Below, one piece after another: positions 58,783 through 64,000 of a stretch of DNA of 64,000 nt. The stretch is from an uncultured Gammaproteobacteria bacterium (GTDB taxonomy: Bacteria > Patescibacteriota > Microgenomatia > Levybacterales > GWA1-39-11), in assembly GCA_964651815.1 (NCBI GenBank), contig CAZYWG010000001.1, positions 1,189-65,188 on the forward strand. The letters are read 5' to 3'. The position numbers and the translations under genes were made by a program. Numbering within the stretch: position 1 is the first letter of the stretch; each line of letters starts with the position of its first letter. The notes beneath the pieces are model-generated. The model ran no database searches. It was not told the origin of the DNA and was given only the letters and a program-made list of their open reading frames with translations.

Positions 58783-58799
58783 TTCCGATAATATCGGAA
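58783..58799. promoter_or_regulatory. Perfect palindrome TTCCGATA-A-TATCGGAA abutting the SD of the repeat-protein operon (candidate operator)
   Basis: Same CCGAT..ATCGG core as the sites at 2460-2477 and 42741-42759. Confidence 0.35.
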
Positions 58800-59087
58800 C
58801 ACTTCTTTATCCCGTCCCTCGTTAGAGAGAAGCCGGAACCTGCCGTTTCTTTTTTGACAAAAAAAACGGAGACTCCTCGACACAATCACCTAAGATTATG
58901 TAGAGAAGCCTCCGTTTGCGGTCAGCTCCGAATACTTATTTTATACTTTTAACTGTTCAATTTGTCAATAGCCATTTTGGCTTTTTTACAATTTTATTAC
59001 AAATATTTGTTCAATTACTTCGTGTCGCCCTAATCCCTCAATCTATCAACTTCAATTGAACCTTAATTCCTAATTCGCGATTCAAAT

Positions 59088-59333
59088 TTATTCCGTTCTC
59101 CTGAATTGCGTATGAATACTAAAAACTTTTTGGTCGGATGTTTTTTCTTCAACACCAGTCTGCGTTTCGTGTGTTATATTTATTGAGGTTTTTTTGATGT
59201 TGCGGACAGTTATTTGAGTAACTGTTTTATCCTGAACGTAAATTTCAATACTCCCAAAATCAACTGAGTCGAGTGCGCTTTCAATCTCTTCTATGAGATC
59301 TTTTTTTTGTTTGGTCTTGACAAAGCTCGACAT
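59088..59333 (-). CDS. DUF2292/YezD-like small protein
   Basis: FGSIEIYVQDKTVTQITVRNIKK matches the YezD family core. Confidence 0.45.
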   Translation of the reverse strand: MSSFVKTKQKKDLIEEIESALDSVDFGSIEIYVQDKTVTQITVRNIKKTSINITHETQTGVEEKTSDQKVFSIHTQFRRTE

Positions 59334-59384
59334 ATTTTAAATCATCGCGTCTCACATACCTATATATATAGATTCTGAATTTTC

Positions 59385-59951
59385 CTATTTGAATGATACG
59401 GGAATTATTGTTTTTTTACCTGCTATTTCTCCTACTTGAAGCTTTAAATCTTTGTCTGTTTCATTTACTGCAATCCCAATGCGCGTTGGAGTTGTAGAAA
59501 TAGCTTGTGCTTCAACCGGATCGCTGTGGATATCAGCGGCAAACCAATTTTTTGTATCATTGTTTACAGAAATTCTCACATAATCTCGGCTGTTAATCTG
59601 CAAACCCTGGTTAAGGCTGTTTATTATTTTAATGTTTACAATTAAAAATACTCTACCCGTAACTGCTGACGCCGGTTGGCCTTTGACAACAATGTGGTGA
59701 CGCAGTTCAGCCGATTGAATAATATATGTAAAATCACCCGTTTTTGCACCTTTACTATCTTTCAGCGGGAAGGTAAAGTTTCTATTGATTTCTGTTGTCT
59801 TTACATCATTATTATTTGTGGTTGTGTTTGCTCCGGCAACGGACGCGTTATCCTTTTTCCCAAATACTGCAAAAATTCCCAAGACAACAATTACAAAAAT
59901 GGCTATTGGAATAACTAATCGCAAAATATTTTTCTTGTTAATGTTTGGCAT
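59385..59951 (-). CDS. Membrane-anchored hypothetical protein (DUF4352-like beta-sandwich). The track ORF extends to 60119.
   Basis: The internal Met MPNINKKNILRLVIPIAIFVIVVLG gives a proper signal anchor. The upstream 56 codons are probably non-coding leader. Confidence 0.5.
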   Translation of the reverse strand: MPNINKKNILRLVIPIAIFVIVVLGIFAVFGKKDNASVAGANTTTNNNDVKTTEINRNFTFPLKDSKGAKTGDFTYIIQSAELRHHIVVKGQPASAVTGRVFLIVNIKIINSLNQGLQINSRDYVRISVNNDTKNWFAADIHSDPVEAQAISTTPTRIGIAVNETDKDLKLQVGEIAGKKTIIPVSFK

Positions 59952-60124
59952 TTTAATGCTTGGCGCAAATTTACTTCCGGCAATTCGTGCTTCGCGACTT
60001 GTCCCTACGAATGAGAATAAAAATCCTTTTAATTTTTGGGCGTTTTCTTCAAGAACGTCAGCAACTGCGTTGATGGTTGGAAGGTATGCAAATGTTGATG
60101 CTTTTCTAGGTGATGCCATATTTC

Positions 60125-60181
60125 AAAAAAAAACGCCCCTCGAAGTTCTGTACCTTTTGGGTAAACAGAACGTAGTGGGGC
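60125..60181 (-). terminator. Rho-independent terminator-like structure on the minus strand (nested GC hairpin followed by T9)
   Basis: GCCCC...GTTCTGT-loop-ACAGAAC...GGGGC, then TTTTTTTTT on the minus strand. No CDS lies upstream of it, so this may be the end of a small RNA or an attenuator. Confidence 0.45.
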
Positions 60182-60322
60182 AGAGATTTGTAATCCGAAA
60201 TATATCAAACCACGCTTATCTTGTCAATACGTAGTTTGACAATTTTACATAATCAATACTAAATCCTAACAAAGCATTTTGCGGATAAATAGCTGAACTT
60301 AATTTTTGTTATAATTTTCATA

Positions 60323-60796
60323 ATGATAAATACAATTATTACAGACTTTTCCCGCGTTATTCTGAATCCCAAAGATAAAAATTACAAAGATACGGTGAAC
60401 GGCTTATACAAAACGCTAAAACAAAAAAATCCTCTACTCAACTTCTTTGAATATTTTGAATTTGATGATGAAGTTTTAAATTTATATTCATCCCTAAAAG
60501 ATAAATATTCTCTTAACATTTTTACAACAGGCGGAATTCAAAAAGCACCGGAAGTACAATCAAAAATCGCCGGGATTTTTGAGAATGTATTTTCTGCGGA
60601 AGATCTTGGAGTTGAAAAAGACCAAGCAAAAACATACAAATTACTTTCCGATAAACTGCAAACGCGTCCCGAAGATATTTTATATATTGACGACCAGATT
60701 AAAAATATTGAAGCAGCAAAAGAAGCCGGAATGACAACTACTCTTTTTCAAAACATTGAACAACTTACATCAGAATTAAAAAAATTTACCCCGTGA
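60323..60796 (+). CDS. HAD-superfamily hydrolase-like protein (short)
   Basis: N-terminal IITDFSRVIL (motif I-like) and C-terminal YIDDQIKNIEAAKEAG (motif IV). Confidence 0.45.
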   Translation: MINTIITDFSRVILNPKDKNYKDTVNGLYKTLKQKNPLLNFFEYFEFDDEVLNLYSSLKDKYSLNIFTTGGIQKAPEVQSKIAGIFENVFSAEDLGVEKDQAKTYKLLSDKLQTRPEDILYIDDQIKNIEAAKEAGMTTTLFQNIEQLTSELKKFTP

Positions 60797-60863
60797 AACA
60801 TCCGTTTTTTTGAGTGAAAAATCTTTTAATAATGTTTGATTACTATTTATATACAAGAGATAT

Positions 60864-60892
60864 ATTGACTCAAAAATTTTCACATCATATAC
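60864..60892 (+). promoter_or_regulatory. Candidate sigma70 promoter (TTGACT - 17 nt - TATACA) upstream of the tasA-like leader
   Basis: About 320 nt upstream of tasA. An intrinsic terminator lies between them. Confidence 0.35.
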
Positions 60893-61100
60893 ATGTAATT
60901 GCCAATAAAACGGCGCCGACTGACAATCTAAATTTCTTCGGGATATATTCTTAGCGTAAGCCATGAATCTCTTGCAGAAAAGTCGGATCTCTATAATTTG
61001 CCCACTTATAGAGTAGCTTTCCATTTGTGAGTTTTTTTTGAAATTATATATTAGTAAGATTTAGTTTTTAGACATATAACTATCCTGCCCAGCGATAGAA

Positions 61101-61128
61101 ATCAGCTTCTGGCAGGGCTGATTTTTTG
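61101..61128 (+). terminator. Rho-independent terminator/attenuator (ATCAGC-ttctggcagg-GCTGAT followed by TTTTTT) in the tasA-like leader
   Basis: 6-bp stem plus flanking pairing, then a T6 tract, 85 nt upstream of the tasA SD. Confidence 0.55.
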
Positions 61129-61213
61129 ATGGCGTTAAGCCATCACCCCGAGCGTTAGCGAGGGGTCTTATAAATCTTTCGGTGGACAAAAAATGATTGG
61201 AGGTGAATTATAA

Positions 61214-61804
61214 ATGAATAAGAAAATATTTTTTAGCGCGATTTCAGTTGTAGCAGCCCTAGCTCTTATGGGCGGCGCAACCTTCGCATTCTTTTCAAGC
61301 AGCGCAACTAGCACAGGAAATATATTTGCCAGCGGTACGCTTGCTCTTAAGCTTGATGATACTGATGAAACTACACCAGCTGCAACTGTTACAGCTTCTA
61401 TTGGTGCTAGTAATTTAGCTCCAGGTGGTACGGTATCCGGTTTCATTTCGATGCATAATGACGGATCAATAGCAATCCAACATGTCGATTTAAGCGGAAC
61501 AGAAACCGCTACAAGTGTTCCTGATCTTGCAACAAAATTGCAATTCACTTCGGTCAAACTGGGTGATGACAACACTTGCTCAACCGGTACATCAGATATA
61601 ACTGCATCACTTATAGCAGCGATCGGTGGAAATACATTAGATAAATTAAATTTGACTGAGTATGATCTACCTGGTCTTGCAGTAAGTGCTACCAAGTATG
61701 TGTGCATGACTTTAACATTTGACCCGCTTGCTGATAATACATTTCAAGGTAAATCAATTACCGAGAAGTTTACGTTTGTTGGCGATCAAGACGCGAGTCA
61801 ATAA
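61214..61804 (+). CDS. tasA: TasA/camelysin-like (peptidase M73 family) secreted protein with a SipW-cognate signal peptide
   Basis: Strong SD GGAGGTG. N-terminus ALALMGGATFAFFSSSATSTGNIFASGTLAL matches B. subtilis TasA GGGTWAAFND...ATFASGTLDL. SNLAPGG..F..MHNDGSIAIQHV matches TasA SNLKPGD..F..NNGSLAIKEV. Confidence 0.8.
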   Translation: MNKKIFFSAISVVAALALMGGATFAFFSSSATSTGNIFASGTLALKLDDTDETTPAATVTASIGASNLAPGGTVSGFISMHNDGSIAIQHVDLSGTETATSVPDLATKLQFTSVKLGDDNTCSTGTSDITASLIAAIGGNTLDKLNLTEYDLPGLAVSATKYVCMTLTFDPLADNTFQGKSITEKFTFVGDQDASQ

Positions 61805-61858
61805 TTTTTTGTTGGTGGCAGGGTTCTGCAGAGCTCTGCTACCAACTCAGGATATGTC

Positions 61859-61944
61859 ATCCCCAACTTGATTGGGGATCTAGACACCGTCCTCGGACTT
61901 GATCCGAGGAACCAGAATAAAATAGAATCCGGATCAAGTCCGGA
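61859..61944 (+). promoter_or_regulatory. Three consecutive hairpins with conserved pentaloops (CTTGA, CTTGA, TCAAG) between tasA and sipW. The last abuts the sipW ATG.
   Basis: ATCCCCAA-CTTGA-TTGGGGAT (61859-61879), CCTCGGA-CTTGA-TCCGAGG (61891-61909), TCCGGA-TCAAG-TCCGGA (61928-61944). Plus GTTGGTGGCAG...CTGCTACCAAC at 61811-61846. Confidence 0.35.
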
Positions 61945-62544
61945 ATGACAAAAAAAAATAAAATGAAAATATTAAAAACATTTACAAAAGGCCTTTTTAC
62001 AATTGCAGTTTTAATTATTCTGCCAATTGTACTATTCACATTCATAACTGCTAAAACCAACTTTTTTGGGATTCAATCTTTTGTTGTCCTTTCCGGATCA
62101 ATGCAGCCAACTCTTCCCGTAGGTAGCGTAATTTATACACAACATAGGACCCTTTATCAAAAAGGCGATATCATTGCTTTCAAACGCGGTGATGTAAATG
62201 TAACCCACAGAATTATAAAAATTAATGAAGACGGAACTTTTGTGACGCAGGGAGACGCCAATAATGCTGCAGACAATAAGACTGTAGCGAGTAGCGACAT
62301 TTTGGGTCGCGAGACTTTCTTTCTTCCGTATGTAGGCCGCGCAATTGTTTTTCTAAAAACGCCAATTGGATTTTTTGGCAGTGTTGTTTTCCCTATTACT
62401 GTTTTTATCATTCTTGAACTATGGAACCTTAAGCGGGAAATAGAAAAAGAAGTTGAGCGGAAATTACAAAAGAAAATGGAAACAGCACATAACCTGTCAT
62501 TGCGAGGTCCCCAAGGGACCGAAGCAATCTCAATCGAATTATGA
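61945..62544 (+). CDS. sipW: Signal peptidase I, SipW/archaeal-eukaryotic type (S26B)
   Basis: N-terminal TM helix, VVLSGSMQPTLPVGSVIY (catalytic Ser), GDIIAF, VTHRII (His), FVTQGDAN..D and a C-terminal TM helix. This matches SipW-type peptidases, not LepB-type. Confidence 0.8.
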   Translation: MTKKNKMKILKTFTKGLFTIAVLIILPIVLFTFITAKTNFFGIQSFVVLSGSMQPTLPVGSVIYTQHRTLYQKGDIIAFKRGDVNVTHRIIKINEDGTFVTQGDANNAADNKTVASSDILGRETFFLPYVGRAIVFLKTPIGFFGSVVFPITVFIILELWNLKREIEKEVERKLQKKMETAHNLSLRGPQGTEAISIEL

Positions 62545-63242
62545 ACAAACTTAAATTTATTTCTTTAGGAATTATTTGCACATTTTTAATTGCATTTTTG
62601 TCTTACAAAACAACTTTCGCGTTGTTTTCAAGCAATGCACATTCCACCAACAACGTCTTCTCAGCAGCCCAAGCCTTCCCAACAGCAACTCCATCTGCAA
62701 CCCCAACACCTTCTCCAACACCCACTCCCCAAATCGCCCAAACTTTGGTCATAAACGAAGTACTACCGGTTTCAAGCTGCGTAGATGGACAAAAAGACAC
62801 AAATTGGATAGAAGTTTATAATGGAACAGGTGGCGATGTAAATTTGAAGAATTTCAAACTTAGCGATGGATCTAATATTACCGACTTGGTTACTTCAAAC
62901 ACCACGCTACCCTCACATCAGATTGCTTTAATTGCAAAAGACGGAAGTATATTTAATAAAGGTACAGATAAAGGAAACAAATGTTGGCCCGATAACAATG
63001 CAATAACTGTTAACCTCGGTAACAATGCCCCTGTAAATTTTGCATCTGGTATATTAAGACTTCTCGCCTCTGACGGGACTACCGTTATTGACCGGGTTGA
63101 ATTTGGAACAGCTCCTTTAAATCCTGCAACTAATCAATCTATCGAAAGAAAACCGGTTGGGCACGATTCTATAACGGGAGACTTTTTTGTAGCTAGCGAC
63201 TTTATTTTACAAACTAGCCCAACACCAGGGCTTGGATTATGA
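62541..63242 (+). CDS. Secreted lamin-tail-domain (LTD) protein with SipW-cognate signal peptide and Pro/Thr linker
   Basis: N-terminus KTTFALFSSNAHSTNNVFSAA (SipW-cognate class), linker PTATPSATPTPSPTPTP, and the LTD core LVINEVLP...WIEVYNGTGGDVNLKNFKL. Overlaps sipW by 4 nt. Confidence 0.7.
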   Translation: MNKLKFISLGIICTFLIAFLSYKTTFALFSSNAHSTNNVFSAAQAFPTATPSATPTPSPTPTPQIAQTLVINEVLPVSSCVDGQKDTNWIEVYNGTGGDVNLKNFKLSDGSNITDLVTSNTTLPSHQIALIAKDGSIFNKGTDKGNKCWPDNNAITVNLGNNAPVNFASGILRLLASDGTTVIDRVEFGTAPLNPATNQSIERKPVGHDSITGDFFVASDFILQTSPTPGLGL

Positions 63243-64000
63243 AAAGATTATTTAGAATTATATTAGCATTAGTAATAATAGGAGTAATGGTTAAATTTGT
63301 TGCGCCGGACCTTTTTAAACCATCAACCGTCCGGGCATTTGGTGACTTGGTTGTCAATTTCCATGTCCCTTTGAATAACCCCATTTTCACTGTTACCAAT
63401 ATGGCGCCCGGGGATCCGCCGCAAAACCGTAACGTTGATGTCCACAATAATGCCTCCGTTTCAAGGCTCGTATCGGTAAAGGGAGTAAGGACAGGTGGGG
63501 TTGGAGCAGACCCAAAACTCGAGACAGTTCTTGATCTGGTAATAAAAGACGGCGCAACCCCAGTCTACGGGACAGGCAGCCTTACAGGCCCTAAATCTGT
63601 CAAAAACTTTTTTGATGACAGCACTGCAACAGATGGTGTAAAACTCAACATAATTAATCCTGGAGGCGATAAAACATATAATTTTAAAGTCACTTTTCCC
63701 TCATCTGCCGGAAATGATTTTCAGGCAAAGTCGGTTATTTTTGACCTGACTTTTGGTGAAGTTACGGGAAATAATGTGGTTATAAATGAAGTTTACTATC
63801 TTGTTGACCCAAGCAAAGGTCTTGATAGTCCCAAAGACCGCGGGATACTTTCTGTCAATGGAAATAATGTAACAATTGTAATTTCCGGAAACGGCGCTTG
63901 GTCAAAAAATAAAGTTGTCGTAACCCAACTCCAAGCATGTAAACTCCTCCAGACAAATAATACAAATGTTGTGACAAACGTAACATCAAATACAAATACC
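63239..64000 (+). CDS. Secreted protein, partial (continues off the right edge). LTD-like INEVYY motif and an ISGNG motif shared with the 52-59 kb repeat family.
   Basis: ATG at 63239 overlaps the upstream stop (ATGA). N-terminal TM/signal, VVINEVYYLVDP, NVTIVISGNGAWSKNKVVV. Not in the ORF track because it has no stop inside the window. Confidence 0.6.
   Translation, partial: MKRLFRIILALVIIGVMVKFVAPDLFKPSTVRAFGDLVVNFHVPLNNPIFTVTNMAPGDPPQNRNVDVHNNASVSRLVSVKGVRTGGVGADPKLETVLDLVIKDGATPVYGTGSLTGPKSVKNFFDDSTATDGVKLNIINPGGDKTYNFKVTFPSSAGNDFQAKSVIFDLTFGEVTGNNVVINEVYYLVDPSKGLDSPKDRGILSVNGNNVTIVISGNGAWSKNKVVVTQLQACKLLQTNNTNVVTNVTSNTNT

Noticed and set aside
61168-61707. 179-aa minus-strand ORF overlapping the tasA-like gene
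   Set aside because: It is antisense to a gene with strong TasA homology and a canonical SD. It has no start context of its own.
1-64000. Possibility of an alternative genetic code (UGA=Gly, as in Gracilibacteria/Absconditabacteria), given the CPR-like features
   Set aside because: All long conserved genes (rpoB, rpoC, fusA, pnp, ftsK, alaS) are intact under the standard code. UGA also serves as the stop of the LTD gene at 63240-63242. I see no in-frame UGA interruptions.

Overview
The window is low-GC (~38%), gene-dense and mostly housekeeping. It looks like a streamlined bacterium with a Gram-positive-type envelope, most plausibly a Patescibacteria/CPR-like lineage; that placement is an inference from gene content and the short forms of IF-2 (498 aa), AlaS (606 aa) and NusA. 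Standard genetic code: rpoB, rpoC and the other long genes are intact, and UGA is used as a stop codon.

Core genes on the minus strand are rpoB-rpoC-rpsL-rpsG (without fusA-tuf attached), fusA 6.4 kb away, alaS, ftsK, rnj, pnp-rpsO, and the nusA-infB operon followed by a DHH-like gene. Also present are mltG, nth, a yvcK-like gene, rodZ, YtxH/DUF948, an RND efflux pair, cyclophilin, an M24 peptidase, two MBL-fold hydrolases (one RNase Z-like) and a thymidine-phosphorylase-family gene.

The left edge carries an aclB-aclA (ATP-citrate lyase) pair, which is unexpected in this genomic context.

Accessory and unusual content:
- An ImmA/IrrE-like metallopeptidase and XRE repressor pair sits between ftsK and rnj.
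- A Lon-like AAA+ ATPase lacks both the N-terminal domain and the S16 protease domain. It is divergent from a secreted S53/S8 peptidase.
- The most interesting region is a ~12 kb cell-surface locus at 52.3-64 kb. It holds four paralogous secreted Asn/Thr/Gly-rich tandem-repeat proteins, one with a canonical LPETG anchor, plus a dedicated sortase. They share a ~90-aa 'ISGNG...NTGGN...TGD...CxC' repeat unit.
- Downstream of that is a tasA-like / sipW / LTD-protein cluster, with SipW-cognate signal peptides on the substrates.
- A second sortase operon lies at 22.9-26 kb.

Several small repeated intergenic motifs recur: a CCGAT-N2-3-ATCGG palindrome, ATACTAC/GTAGTAT arms, and a conserved ATGGAG...TATAGGG hairpin element. 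I found no rRNA, tRNA, CRISPR array, transposase or integrase.
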